Assembly (NCBI GenBank): GCA_050311575.1
Contig: JBNOKO010000001.1
Span: 1,219,099-1,283,098 of the forward strand
Length of the DNA stretch: 64,000 nt
From: Candidatus Krakonobacterium acarorum
GTDB taxonomy: Bacteria > Bacteroidota > Bacteroidia > SolTP2
Direction: 5' to 3'
Shown: positions 32,844 through 44,232 of the stretch, piece after piece
Position numbering within the stretch: the stretch's first letter is position 1
How the letters are laid out: the number at the start of each line of letters is the position of its first letter
Program-made: the position numbers and the translations under genes
The notes under the pieces: model-generated
Seen by the model: only the letters and a program-made list of their open reading frames with translations
Told to the model about the DNA's origin: nothing
Database searches by the model: none

Positions 32844-33932
32844 TTATGAAATAGATTTTGTTTCGTTTGATCTTATTTGCCTTTGTATATTAAGACTTTC
32901 TTCATGTATAATTTGAAAAATTTTATCTATAAAATCTTCATTAACATTTAATTCTTTAGCTAATTCCAACCGATGCTTCATTAAGCTTTTCCACCTTTCA
33001 GGTTGCAGTATGGGCATATTGTGCCTTATTTTATAATCTATAATTTTATTGACAATATCAAAACGCGTTTTAAATATGTTAATTATAGAACGATCTACAT
33101 CATCTATACTCTCCCTTAAATCTACAATTATAGCATCTTTATCATTGTCTAATACTGATTTATTAGATTCTAGTTTGTCTAATAAACCTTCTAAATACTC
33201 TGGAGTTACTTGTTGTTGCTGATCAGTAAGGGCAATTTGAGGATTGATATGACTTTCTACCATTAATCCTGAAACATTGTGGTTTAAAGCCTGATACATT
33301 GTTTTAAGAATTAAATTTTGATTACCAGCTATATGACTAGGGTCACAAAAAATCGGAATATCAGGGAAGTATTCTTCCATCTGATCTACTATTTGCCATA
33401 CAGGCTTATTACGGAATCCTTTGGAATTTAATACTGAAAAACCTCTATGGATAATTCCTATGTTTTTTATACCTGCATTAATAATTCGCTCAACAGCTCC
33501 CTGCCATAACGAGAATTCGGGATTAACCGGATTTTTTATTAATATGCTTGCATTAGTATTTTTCAGAGCATCCGCAATACTTTGTATTGCAAATGGATTA
33601 GTAGTTGTGCGGGCTCCTATCCATAATAGATCTATACCCGCTTCTAAACACTCTTGAACATGAAATGGGGATGCAACTTCTGTACATACTAACAACCGAG
33701 TCTGCTCTTTTACCTGTTTTAACCATGGTAAACCTTTAGAACCTACGCCAGCAAAGCTACCCGGCCTTGTCCTTGGCTTCCATAAGCCTGCCCTAAATAT
33801 AGTAACTCTGGGATTTTTATTTAATTCAATAGCTGTACTGATAATTTGATTCTGGCTTTCTGCACTACATGGGCCTGCAATTACAGTTAATTGCTTCGAT
33901 GTTTTAGATTTTGAAAAAATTGCGTCTAACAT
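32844..33932 (-). CDS. Bifunctional DAHP synthase / chorismate mutase
   Basis: IAGPCSAES, WKPRTRPGSF, WIGARTT, DPSHIAG, GLMVESH; C-terminal AroQ domain (LRESIDDVD..LQPERW). Confidence 0.92.
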   Translation of the reverse strand: MLDAIFSKSKTSKQLTVIAGPCSAESQNQIISTAIELNKNPRVTIFRAGLWKPRTRPGSFAGVGSKGLPWLKQVKEQTRLLVCTEVASPFHVQECLEAGIDLLWIGARTTTNPFAIQSIADALKNTNASILIKNPVNPEFSLWQGAVERIINAGIKNIGIIHRGFSVLNSKGFRNKPVWQIVDQMEEYFPDIPIFCDPSHIAGNQNLILKTMYQALNHNVSGLMVESHINPQIALTDQQQQVTPEYLEGLLDKLESNKSVLDNDKDAIIVDLRESIDDVDRSIINIFKTRFDIVNKIIDYKIRHNMPILQPERWKSLMKHRLELAKELNVNEDFIDKIFQIIHEESLNIQRQIRSNETKSIS

Positions 33933-34282
33933 TTGAAATATTTTATGTGCTATATTTGGTTTTAGTTAGAGGACACCCATCAGGCAATATACAACTCTAA
34001 GTTTAATATAATTATACAAAGCACAAAACTAGTGTATTTTAAATAAACATCATGAATCTGTATTACTAATATTTGTATATTATAACCAAGGAATGCTGTT
34101 AATTTTGGCTAATTTTCAAGAAATTTGAAGAAAATGGCAAGTTATATAAAATTATTAATCTGATAACTTAAGTGGTTTTTTAAGAAAGATATAATCAACG
34201 GAATCAAACCTATTTAGTGATCATATAAGTTAACTTAAAGATATTCAGATTAAAGATTAAGCTAAATTTATCATATATAAAT

Positions 34283-35554
34283 TTAGTTAGTAAGAAATAA
34301 TGGATATTGTTTCATCCATCCATTTACTTCAGCTTTAATCTTACTAAGGTAATTATCATCTTTACGGTTAATTAACGATTTGTCTATAAGATCAACTATT
34401 CTTTCAATATCGCTACTGCCAAGGCCTCTGGTAGTTATAGCTGGAGTCCCCAACCTTATACCTGAAGTTACAAATGGAGTTTGTGCATCAAAAGGTATCA
34501 TATTTTTATTAATAGTTATGTCTACCTTTCCTAATACTAATTCTGCTTCTTTGCCTGTTATATTTTTATTACTTAAATCTATAACTATTAAATGGTTGTC
34601 TGTGCCGCCAGATATAACATGGTATCCTTTGTTAATAAAGCTATCAGCCATTTTAGCAGCGTTATCTTTTATTTTCTTAACGTAAATACTATAAGAATCA
34701 CCTAATGCCTCGTTAAAAGCTATAGCTTTTGCAGCTATAACGTGTTCAAGTGGTCCACCTTGACATCCAGGGAAAACTGCTCTATCTAATAATACAGACA
34801 TGGGCAGAATATCGCCTTTATTGTTTTTCAGGCCACGAGGATTTTCAAAATCTTTTTTTATCATTATAACACCTCCTCTTGGGCCTCTAAGGGTCTTATG
34901 AGTTGTGCTACTTATAATATGACAATGCTCAGTTGGATCGTTAAGCAACCCTTTTGCTATTAATCCAGCAGGGTGAGAGATATCGGCCATTAAGATGGAG
35001 CCTGCTTTATCGGCAATATAACGCATCCTCTTATAATCCCAATCTCTAGAATATGAAGAAGCGCCTGCTATAATCAATTTTGGTTTTTCCGCAATTGCTA
35101 TAGCTTCCATATTATCATAATCGATCAAATAATCTTTTTTTGATACTTTGTAGGATACAACAGAATATAATTTTCCAGAAAAACTTACAGGTGATCCATG
35201 TGTTAAATGTCCTCCATGGGATAAATCAAAGCCCATTATTTTATCGCCAGCATTCAACAATGCTAACATTATAGCTGCATTTGCCTGTGATCCGGAGTGT
35301 GGCTGAACGTTGGCCCAGCTAACTTTAAAAAGTTTTTTTAACCTTTCTATAGCTTCTGTTTCTACTTTATCTACAACAGAGCATCCTCCGTAATATCTAT
35401 TGCCTGGATATCCTTCAGCGTACTTGTTAGTAAGTATAGATCCTTGAGCTTTCATAACGTCTGTACTAACGTAATTCTCGGAGGCTATTAATTCTATACC
35501 TTCTGTTTGACGCACTTTCTCCTTATCAATAAGATCAAATATTACATCTGCCAT
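34283..35554 (-). CDS. glyA: Serine hydroxymethyltransferase
   Basis: [39 protein letters not shown]. Confidence 0.98.
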   Translation of the reverse strand: MADVIFDLIDKEKVRQTEGIELIASENYVSTDVMKAQGSILTNKYAEGYPGNRYYGGCSVVDKVETEAIERLKKLFKVSWANVQPHSGSQANAAIMLALLNAGDKIMGFDLSHGGHLTHGSPVSFSGKLYSVVSYKVSKKDYLIDYDNMEAIAIAEKPKLIIAGASSYSRDWDYKRMRYIADKAGSILMADISHPAGLIAKGLLNDPTEHCHIISSTTHKTLRGPRGGVIMIKKDFENPRGLKNNKGDILPMSVLLDRAVFPGCQGGPLEHVIAAKAIAFNEALGDSYSIYVKKIKDNAAKMADSFINKGYHVISGGTDNHLIVIDLSNKNITGKEAELVLGKVDITINKNMIPFDAQTPFVTSGIRLGTPAITTRGLGSSDIERIVDLIDKSLINRKDDNYLSKIKAEVNGWMKQYPLFLTN

Positions 35555-35586
35555 ATAGAGATAAAATAAAAATATTTATATAAAAA

Positions 35587-35964
35587 TTAGCTTACAGGGT
35601 TCTTTTTTAAAGTTTTATTTATAATTTTCTTTTTAATACGTATTTTACCCGCTTGGTTTCTTATATAGTAAAGTTTTGCCCTGCGCACTTTGCCCAGACT
35701 TACTAACTCAATCTTATCTATATTAGGACTGTACAAAGGAAATATTCTTTCTACGCCAACATTATTAGAGATTTTTCTAACGGTAAAAGTTTGTCCCATA
35801 TCAGAACCTCTGCGTCGTATAACAACCCCTTGAAATATCTGTATACGCTCTTTATTTCCCTCTTTAATTTTATAATGAACCGCTATTGTGTCTCCAGACT
35901 GGAAACCAGGAAAAGCTTTCTGAGACATATCTGTCCCGCTAACAAGCTGTATTATACCTTCCAT
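35587..35964 (-). CDS. rplS: 50S ribosomal protein L19
   Basis: [43 protein letters not shown]. Confidence 0.97.
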   Translation of the reverse strand: MEGIIQLVSGTDMSQKAFPGFQSGDTIAVHYKIKEGNKERIQIFQGVVIRRRGSDMGQTFTVRKISNNVGVERIFPLYSPNIDKIELVSLGKVRRAKLYYIRNQAGKIRIKKKIINKTLKKNPVS

Positions 35965-36289
35965 TGTATAAGTTTATTTTCTTATCGTATGTATTAATTA
36001 ATAAGGCTTTAAAAATACAATATTACGAATTTTTTTGTTTAATACCCGTAACTAATAAAATTAATCCGTATTTATACAAATCTTATATTGTAATTTTGCA
36101 ATCATAATATAATTACGCACTGGCTCAGCATATATTCTTTCATAATTTTTAGAGATAATATTAACAAAAAGTTATATTTTAGGAACCATTATGACACTTA
36201 TTTAGACAGTATATATAAAAATAAATATTGATAATAGTGCTATAGGAATTCTATAACATGTTAAAACACTATAATCTTGAATTTTAAAT

Positions 36290-37285
36290 ATGAATAATGA
36301 AAATATAGTTAGCGGTATAAGACCAACCGGCAAATTACATTTAGGAAATTATTTTGGCGCAGTTAAAAGTTTTGTAGAAATGCAACATCATTTTAACTGT
36401 TTTTTCTTTATTGCAGATTATCATGCTTTAACTACTCACCCAGACGCTAGTAATTTAAAAATCTATAGAAAACAAATAGTAGCTGAATATTTAGCTTGTG
36501 GCCTGGACCCGGAATTGTGTACAATATATGTGCAATCACAAATTCCAGAAATTTCGGAGCTATACTTATTATTAAATATGAATGCCTATTTAGGAGAGCT
36601 TGAAAGATGCACTTCTTTCAAAGATAAGGTCAGAACACAGCCAAATAATGTAAATGCAGGTTTATTAACATATCCGGTATTAATGACAGCAGATATTTTA
36701 ATACATAAAGGTACAAAAGTTCCTGTTGGTAAAGACCAGGAGCAACATTTAGAAATAGCCAGGGATCTAGCCGATCGCTTTAATAAACTACACAACAATG
36801 AATATTTTCCTCTACCACAAGCATTTAATTTTGATAGAGATCTAATAAAAGTGCCCAGCTTAAGCGGTAATGGCAAAATGGGAAAATCTGAGAATGATAA
36901 GTATACAATTTTTTTAACAGATTCGCCTGAGATAATTGTAAAAAAAATTAAACAATCACCAACAGATAGTGGGCCAACAGTGCTAAATTCCAGTAAACCT
37001 GAAAGCATTAGCGCTCTGTTTGACATCATGAAAGCAGTATCTACTGAAGAAATTCATAATCATTACAACGAACTTTATTTAACTTGTAAAATAAAGTATA
37101 AAGATTTAAAGGAACAACTAGCAAAAGATATAATAAATTTCCTAAATCCTATACAGGAAGAAATAGATAAATATCTACATAGCAGCAATGTTATAGATAA
37201 AATTATTAAAGAAGGTAAAGAAAAAGCCACAAATAGCGCTAGGGCAACTATTAAAGATGTTAGGTCTATTATAGGGCTTGACTAA
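36290..37285 (+). CDS. trpS: Tryptophan-tRNA ligase
   Basis: SGIRPTGKLHLGNY, YPVLM.ADIL, VPVGKDQ, KMGKS. Confidence 0.97.
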   Translation: MNNENIVSGIRPTGKLHLGNYFGAVKSFVEMQHHFNCFFFIADYHALTTHPDASNLKIYRKQIVAEYLACGLDPELCTIYVQSQIPEISELYLLLNMNAYLGELERCTSFKDKVRTQPNNVNAGLLTYPVLMTADILIHKGTKVPVGKDQEQHLEIARDLADRFNKLHNNEYFPLPQAFNFDRDLIKVPSLSGNGKMGKSENDKYTIFLTDSPEIIVKKIKQSPTDSGPTVLNSSKPESISALFDIMKAVSTEEIHNHYNELYLTCKIKYKDLKEQLAKDIINFLNPIQEEIDKYLHSSNVIDKIIKEGKEKATNSARATIKDVRSIIGLD

Positions 37286-37616
37286 GCTTAGTAACATATG
37301 CTTTATCGCTTTACAAATAGTTATATAATTATTAAAGAGACTAAATAAACTATACGTTAATAACCTAATTTGTTTTATTATATGGATATATACTTAAAAT
37401 GTATGGTTAACCAGTCCTAAATACAATAATATTGGTTGCAATGTATACCTTAGCTAATACCTGCAGTTATATAAATCAAATATTTTTGATAAATACAGGT
37501 TTATAAATAAATTTATATTTAAATTTATTTAATACTGTTATTACTTCAATAGTAAACATTAATGTTTTTGTAGAATAATATGATCAAAAATATTTTGTAG
37601 AAAAAACTTTACCATT

Positions 37617-38849
37617 ATGAAACTAATTCCATCTTTGTTTAAGCAAACATATTTTCAAATAATTGTAGCTTTCTTATTTGCAATCGCAATGAACCATCTA
37701 AATATAGGTTTAGGACTTGCTACAATGATTAGCCATCTTTTTGTTAGCGGCTTTAAGATTTTAGCTCTACCCATAGTTTTTTTATCTATTATATCTACTA
37801 TTACCGGTATCAATAATACTAAGGATCTGAAAGCTCTAAATAAAAAAGTAATTTTTTATTCATTACTTACTACTGTTATAGCTGCTATAGTTGCACTAAT
37901 ACTTTACAAGGTGATTAACCCTGCATATAGTAGCGCTTCTTATAACAATTTAAATATTAATAGTATCAATGATCAAATACATTTGCAAAAAGTACAGTTT
38001 ACTTATATAGATTATTTTTTGTCTATTATTCCAGAGAACTTTTTTAAGATTTTTCTAGACAATAATATTATCGGTTGCATTATTATAGCTTTTTTAATTA
38101 GCTATGCCATAAACAAGTTAGAGCCGGCAAAAAATGTTTTATTACATAACTTATTTTCGTCATTTTTTGATACACTTCTAATCGTAGCCAGGTTTATATT
38201 AAGGTTTTTACCCATAGCAATATTTGGGTTTGTCAGGGTATTTTTAGATAGTTTAAAAAATTATTCGCACGCATTAGACAGCATCATATTATTTTTATTA
38301 TGCGTAGTTATAGCAAATTTAGTGCAGGGAGTTATCGTTTTACCTTTATTCTTGAAGTTTAAAGGTATATCGCCCATGAAAACTTTTAAGGCTGTTTTAC
38401 CAGCTTTAACACTTGCTTTTTTTTCTAAATCGTCAAGCGCTACGCTACCTACTACATTATCAAATGTGCAAAATAACTTGAAAGTTTCTAAGAAATTATC
38501 TTCTTTTACCCTGCCTATGTGTACGACTATAAATATGAATGCCTGTGCAGCGTTTATATTTATATGTATTACTTTCGTCTCTGAACAAAACGGTTATCAT
38601 TTCAGCTATTTAGAAACAGGCATGTGGTTGATAGTAGCTGTAATAGGAGCTTTCGGTAACGCAGGTGTTCCTATGGGTTGTTATTTTATCGCAACTAGTT
38701 ATCTAACATCCCTTAGAATGCCATTAGAGCTTATGGGAGTTATTTTACCTGCATACGTTATATTAGATATGCTAGAAACCAGTCTAAATGTTTGGTCAGA
38801 CATATGTATAACACAGGTTATTAATAAAGAATATCCTATGGAAGACTAA
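37617..38849 (+). CDS. Dicarboxylate/amino acid:cation symporter (DAACS/SDF family)
   Basis: AFFSKSSSATLP, TTINMN, GNAGVPMG, DMLETSLNVWSD; many TM segments. Confidence 0.92.
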   Translation: MKLIPSLFKQTYFQIIVAFLFAIAMNHLNIGLGLATMISHLFVSGFKILALPIVFLSIISTITGINNTKDLKALNKKVIFYSLLTTVIAAIVALILYKVINPAYSSASYNNLNINSINDQIHLQKVQFTYIDYFLSIIPENFFKIFLDNNIIGCIIIAFLISYAINKLEPAKNVLLHNLFSSFFDTLLIVARFILRFLPIAIFGFVRVFLDSLKNYSHALDSIILFLLCVVIANLVQGVIVLPLFLKFKGISPMKTFKAVLPALTLAFFSKSSSATLPTTLSNVQNNLKVSKKLSSFTLPMCTTINMNACAAFIFICITFVSEQNGYHFSYLETGMWLIVAVIGAFGNAGVPMGCYFIATSYLTSLRMPLELMGVILPAYVILDMLETSLNVWSDICITQVINKEYPMED

Positions 38850-39107
38850 CGGGGAATATAACAAAGGTGTAAATATGAATATTTTAGGCAACATCAAATG
38901 TTTTATCTGTATTTCCTAAAATATTCATACAAAATGATAAAACTTACAGTAAATAAGTAAGCATAGCGTCATCTAAATATCTAAAATTCATCTTAACCTA
39001 TTATAAAGATGCCTCAAATCGCTATTGAAAATATGTTTAGAGCAACCTGGATTTACTGATAAATTATTTATTTTATTTTTTAAGGCTTTATCTGGATATT
39101 ATTGTTT

Positions 39108-39719
39108 TTAATGATAGAGTTTCCAGACCTTCCATATGCGGCTTTTATCACTTAAATTTTTGAAATTTTTATTTTTACTATATTCTTTTTGTTCTTTAGA
39201 TCCTTTCCATAACGTACTTGCATAAATATTACGACGATTGTTAGTTACAGATGACGAGGCTTCTAACATTTTGCCTGTCATCCGGTTTATTATAACTCCT
39301 TCAAACCCATCCGCCTGACTATACGCCAGAACGTTTCCAGAACCTATAAACTCCCAGTCTTGATTAGGACCATCGTGTGCAGGCCAAATAACAACACGGG
39401 CTTCATTATTTCTCCAATCTACGTCTAGTACTCTCCACTTGGTAAACAAGTTACCATCTGTATACCAAAATTTTTTGTATCTGACATCAGGGTACTGTAG
39501 ATACCAATTTATTGGTCTTCTACCTTTATAAATCAAGTGCACATTAGACATATCCTTAGGCGCTTCAGGAACCATGGATTCTTTTCCTGATTCGTAGTAT
39601 TGCACGTTATACACGACATGACCATAAGTTCCAGGCTTTTCATTAGGGATTGCCTGGCTAACATTGTAGCTAAATAAACTTATATATAGTATTAACGTAA
39701 TTAAGAATAGCTTTTTCAT
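39108..39719 (-). CDS. Secreted protein with ricin-B-lectin-like (QxW) region
   Basis: Signal peptide; VLDVDWRN..VVIWPAHDGPNQDW..GVIINRMTGKMLEA; paralog of 5987-6655. Confidence 0.65.
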   Translation of the reverse strand: MKKLFLITLILYISLFSYNVSQAIPNEKPGTYGHVVYNVQYYESGKESMVPEAPKDMSNVHLIYKGRRPINWYLQYPDVRYKKFWYTDGNLFTKWRVLDVDWRNNEARVVIWPAHDGPNQDWEFIGSGNVLAYSQADGFEGVIINRMTGKMLEASSSVTNNRRNIYASTLWKGSKEQKEYSKNKNFKNLSDKSRIWKVWKLYH

Positions 39720-39868
39720 ATAATAAGATTTTTTAATTATTTAACGTTTTATATCCTTTGATTAAAATCAGCTGGGATTTGGTTCGCCTTTTTCAGTTAT
39801 ATAAAGGTTTTTATTAAGGTGACCCAAGCCAAAACTTCTTATTTCAGCAATTTTTAGCCTTTAGTTCG

Positions 39869-40573
39869 CTAACGAATCCAGTAGTCCTTCTTGCGACGAT
39901 AATATGCATCGATTTTCCATAAGCATTTTTTAAGGTGAGAGCTAGATGCTAATAATTCACTCCAATCCCCGTCTTGCTCGAATATCTTTTGCAGCTCGGA
40001 TCCTTCCCATTTTTTTGACACAAAAACATCTATAATGCCAGATTTACTCTTATTTGCCTCTAACATTTTGCCCGTCTTAATGTTTACAATTACACCTATA
40101 AATGACGATGGCGATTCTCCCAAGCATGCAAGGGGATTGCCTACACCTATCAACTTCCAGTCAGCTACATAATACTCTTCTGTGCGTTTATGAACGACAT
40201 TGAAAGAACCATCCGGTCTTGGAGCCGATTCAACTGCTAAGAAATCTGAAATAGACGTAAATTTTACAATGGGCCAGGGACCACCGATACTAAGGTATTC
40301 TATATTCCAATCCCTAATAGCACCCTTCATAATATTATGTACAACTACATATAGGTCTTCCTCATTATCCCGCTTGTAACCCAAGAAGGACCATGGATCA
40401 TTATAGTATAGATTAAGAATCTCATAACCATTATAGTAAGAAGGTCTGTAACGAGTCTCATCAACTACTTGTTTATAGCTTTTTGTAACACCTGTTGTGT
40501 TTAAAGAAGTTTCTTTTTTGCACCCTACCAAAATAATAGCTAGCAGTGTGGTAAATAGTAATAGTCTTTTCAT
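39869..40573 (-). CDS. Lipoprotein, divergent paralog of the lectin-like family
   Basis: Lipobox LVGC; WNIEYL..VKF, DWKLIG, GVIVNIKTGKMLEA, WEGSE, LWKI shared with the paralogs. Confidence 0.65.
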   Translation of the reverse strand: MKRLLLFTTLLAIILVGCKKETSLNTTGVTKSYKQVVDETRYRPSYYNGYEILNLYYNDPWSFLGYKRDNEEDLYVVVHNIMKGAIRDWNIEYLSIGGPWPIVKFTSISDFLAVESAPRPDGSFNVVHKRTEEYYVADWKLIGVGNPLACLGESPSSFIGVIVNIKTGKMLEANKSKSGIIDVFVSKKWEGSELQKIFEQDGDWSELLASSSHLKKCLWKIDAYYRRKKDYWIR

Positions 40574-40890
40574 AATTTAAAAATTTAGGAAAACCAATAG
40601 ATGGAAATCAGTAGATTAAATATGCACACTTTCAAATTTACTTTTTATACAATATTGCATATCATCATTCCATATCAGCTAAATAATTATTAATTTATTA
40701 TTTATTAATAGAAAAAGAAAATAATATTGTTAAGTTTTTACCTTTGTATGAAATATATACGTTTAAAAGTGAAGAATTATCGGTTAAAAAACAGACTGGA
40801 AAAGCTAGTATGGGATTAACTTCCTGTATTTCTGGTAAATTGACATAGCATCAAAAAACCATAGTTTTAACTCTAAGGGATAGAATGATA

Positions 40891-40928
40891 AAAAATTATT
40901 GCTAAAAATATTTTTAGCAATAATTTTT
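40891..40928. terminator. Perfect AT-rich palindrome just downstream of pnp
   Basis: aaaaattattgctaaaaat|atttttagcaataattttt. Confidence 0.6.
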
Positions 40929-40936
40929 ATTTTTAA

Positions 40937-43069
40937 TTAATTGTTATCAGGTTTAGGCAAAAGAACCTTAGCTGATAGTCTAAACTTATTAGTTTTTTTA
41001 TCTATATCGATAAGTTTTACCTTTATAGTATCTCCAACTTTTAAAACATGTTCTAATTTATCCACGTGCGACCATTGGATTTCAGATATATGTAATAAAC
41101 CACTCCTGTTAGGTAAAAATTCTACAAAAGCACCATAAGGCATTACACTTTTTACTACTGCATCGTAAACAGCATTTACTTCTGGTTGCGACACTATGCC
41201 ATTAATTTTATCTATAGCCCTTTGTAAATCTTCCTTATTATTTGAAGATATTTGAACTATACCTTTGTTATCACGTTCTTCTACGTTTATGTGCGTATTT
41301 GTTTCTCGTTGAAGTTCTTGTATAACTTTCCCTTGAGGCCCTATTATTGCACCTATTAATTTAGGCGCTATTTCGATTTCATGAATTCGAGGTGCATGAG
41401 GTTTATAATCGTTGTTAGGGGTTTCTATTGTTTCATTCATTTTATTTAATATATGTAATCTACCTTGTTTTGCCTGCTGTAAAGATTTTTCTAAAATCTC
41501 GTAAGACAGACCATTAATTTTCACATCCATTTGGCATGCACAAATCCCAGTTTGTGTACCAGTAACTTTAAAATCCAGATCACCTAAATGATCTTCATCT
41601 CCTAATATATCCGATAAAACTACATATTTATCAGAACTAGCGTCTTTAATTAGTCCCATAGCAATACCAGATACTGCTGATTTTATTTTTATTCCAGCAT
41701 CCATCAAGGCTAATGACCCTGCGCATACAGTTGCCATAGAAGACGATCCATTAGACTCTAAAATATCTGATACAACGCGCATTGTATATATGTTATCTTT
41801 AGGGAGTACTTGTTTTAAAGATCGCATAGCTAAATCACCATGGCCTACTTCACGCCTGCCAGGGGCCCTGTTAGGTCTAATTTCACCTGTTGAAAAAGCA
41901 GGAAAGTTATAATGTAATATAAATTTATTATAACCCTCGAACATAACTCCATCGATTAATTGTTCATCAGATTTTGATCCTAAAGTCACCGTGGTTAAAG
42001 ATTGTGTTTCACCTCTGGTAAATAGAGCTGAACCGTGTGCAGATGGAACATAATCTATTTCTATATCTATATTGCGTATTTCAGTTGGCTGTCTACCGTC
42101 TAAACGCTTACCTTCTGAAAGCAGGATTTTTCTCATTTCACTTTTTTCCAGATCATGAAAATATACGTTGACAAGTGATAGAGTTTCGTCATTAACTTCT
42201 ATACGATGTTTATCAGGTAATTCGTGAATAAAAGAATTTTTAAGATCTGTTAATAATTCTACTCTCTCTTTTTTACTTAATCCTCTTTGTATTATGCCTC
42301 CTATATTGCTGCTAAGGCTGGCTGTCATTAAACTTTGCAACTCAATGTTATTAATTTCATGACAATATTGCTGCTTTGCTTTACCAATTTTAGCTACCAA
42401 TTCGTTTATCCCATCTATCTGTTTTTTTATTGCTTCATGTCCAAATTTTATAGCTTCGATCAACTCTTGTTCAGAACATTCCTGCATCTGCCCTTCAATC
42501 ATTATAATATCAGTTTTAGATGCAGCAACCATTATATTTATATCGGCATCTTTTAGTATGTCTATCGCAGGATTTACTATAAAGTTGCCATTATGTCTAA
42601 CAACCCTAACTTCTGAAATAGGTTCTCTAAAAGGTATATCGCTTATACATAAAGCTGCCGAAGCGGCAAGAGCAGCCAATGAATCAGGCATTATATTCTT
42701 ATCGGCAGAAATTAAAGAAACCACCACCTGTACGTCAGCATGGTAATCTTTAGGGAATGTCGGACGTAAAGCTCTATCTATAATTCTGCTTATAAGCACT
42801 TCATAATCCGATAATTTAGATTCACGCTTAAGGAATCCCCCGGGGATTTTACCACTAGCAGCATATTTTTCCTGATAATCAACAGAAAGGGGCAAAAAAT
42901 CTATATTACTTTTAGCATCTTTACTAGCAACTACAGTTGCCAGTAACATACAGTTACCACATTTTAGTATAACTGAGCCGTTTGCCTGTCTGGCAACCCT
43001 ACCCGTTTCTATATTTATAGATAACCCGTCATCCATATCAATTTGGATGCTAGTTACGTTTAATGTCAT
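40937..43069 (-). CDS. pnp: Polyribonucleotide nucleotidyltransferase
   Basis: IETGRVARQA, HGSALFTRGETQ, RREVGHG, ESNGSSSMA, DILGDEDHLGD, KH and S1 domains; ATG at 43069 preferred. Confidence 0.98.
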   Translation of the reverse strand: MTLNVTSIQIDMDDGLSINIETGRVARQANGSVILKCGNCMLLATVVASKDAKSNIDFLPLSVDYQEKYAASGKIPGGFLKRESKLSDYEVLISRIIDRALRPTFPKDYHADVQVVVSLISADKNIMPDSLAALAASAALCISDIPFREPISEVRVVRHNGNFIVNPAIDILKDADINIMVAASKTDIIMIEGQMQECSEQELIEAIKFGHEAIKKQIDGINELVAKIGKAKQQYCHEINNIELQSLMTASLSSNIGGIIQRGLSKKERVELLTDLKNSFIHELPDKHRIEVNDETLSLVNVYFHDLEKSEMRKILLSEGKRLDGRQPTEIRNIDIEIDYVPSAHGSALFTRGETQSLTTVTLGSKSDEQLIDGVMFEGYNKFILHYNFPAFSTGEIRPNRAPGRREVGHGDLAMRSLKQVLPKDNIYTMRVVSDILESNGSSSMATVCAGSLALMDAGIKIKSAVSGIAMGLIKDASSDKYVVLSDILGDEDHLGDLDFKVTGTQTGICACQMDVKINGLSYEILEKSLQQAKQGRLHILNKMNETIETPNNDYKPHAPRIHEIEIAPKLIGAIIGPQGKVIQELQRETNTHINVEERDNKGIVQISSNNKEDLQRAIDKINGIVSQPEVNAVYDAVVKSVMPYGAFVEFLPNRSGLLHISEIQWSHVDKLEHVLKVGDTIKVKLIDIDKKTNKFRLSAKVLLPKPDNN

Positions 43070-43269
43070 ATATTTAAAATTTAAAGGATCAAAATTTATA
43101 TTTTGCAACAAAATATATCCAAACTAAAAAGTATAACTGAGGCAATTTAGCTATAACTTATTTTATTGTCGTTTTATTTTATAAATGAAACAACGGCCAG
43201 GATATTAGGAAATTATATAATATGGTAAATATATCTATTAAGTTAAATTAAGGATACCTTTTGAGTATA

Positions 43270-43539
43270 TTAACCTCTTAAACCCAAACTTTTAGTAAGG
43301 TGCTTATAATACTCGATATTTTTTCTTTTTATGTATTTAAGCATAGATTTCATTTGACTAACACTGGTTTGCACACTACGTTTAGCAACAAAATCATGTT
43401 TATTTTGGTGAAGATGCTCTGTTAACCTTTTTATCTTATGATTAAGCAAAGATACTTGATACTGAGCAGATCCTGTATCATTTGTATGTAGCTTGTAGTT
43501 ACTTGTTATTTCCTCTTTTTCTTCTTTAGTTAGTTGCAT
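43270..43539 (-). CDS. rpsO: 30S ribosomal protein S15 (divergent)
   Basis: DTGS..QV.LL..I..LT.HL..NKHD; 89 aa ending LGLRG; upstream of pnp. Confidence 0.93.
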   Translation of the reverse strand: MQLTKEEKEEITSNYKLHTNDTGSAQYQVSLLNHKIKRLTEHLHQNKHDFVAKRSVQTSVSQMKSMLKYIKRKNIEYYKHLTKSLGLRG

Positions 43540-43712
43540 TTTGATTGAAATAGGTATTTATTTGCCTTTTAAGTAAAATGATTTTATCCAAATTTACTAC
43601 GAAAAATTTTTAGGTACAAGACCTTATAGCTCTAGAATTTAAAAAGTTATTCTGGCATATTTATTGTATTTTATTTGCTTAATTAATATTTAACCTATAA
43701 TTATTAGCAACT

Positions 43713-44195
43713 ATGAATAATCACACAATTACTGGTATTAGTGACTCAGATGCGTCACTAATGACAAGTAAATTGAATAAATTACTATCTAACTATTCTA
43801 TTTTCCACATGAACTTACGTGGATTACATTGGAATATTTGCGGAAATCACTTTTTTAGGTTACATAAAGAATATGAAAGGGAGTATTTAGATGCTTATAA
43901 CAAAATTGACGAAATCGCTGAGCGAATTCTGCAACTTGGAGCCCTGCCTTTGCATACTTTTAAGGACTATATTGATAATAGTGATATTAAACCAACAAAA
44001 AATGTTATTAATGATTCTGAAGGTATTAAAAATATTTTAGAGAGCTATAAAATAATAATAAAAATAGAATCAGAGATAATGGAGCTGACAGATAAAATTA
44101 AAGACTACGGCACGAATGACATGATAGCATCTTATATGCGTGAGCAATCTAAACGAGTATGGATGTTTAACTCTTATATAACTAAGTGTAAATAA
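43713..44195 (+). CDS. dps: DNA starvation/stationary phase protection protein Dps
   Basis: HWNICG.HFF.LH, DEIAERILQLG, WM motifs. Confidence 0.93.
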   Translation: MNNHTITGISDSDASLMTSKLNKLLSNYSIFHMNLRGLHWNICGNHFFRLHKEYEREYLDAYNKIDEIAERILQLGALPLHTFKDYIDNSDIKPTKNVINDSEGIKNILESYKIIIKIESEIMELTDKIKDYGTNDMIASYMREQSKRVWMFNSYITKCK

Positions 44196-44232
44196 AACAT
44201 TAATTATTTTTGATAGTATTAAAGCCAAAGGT

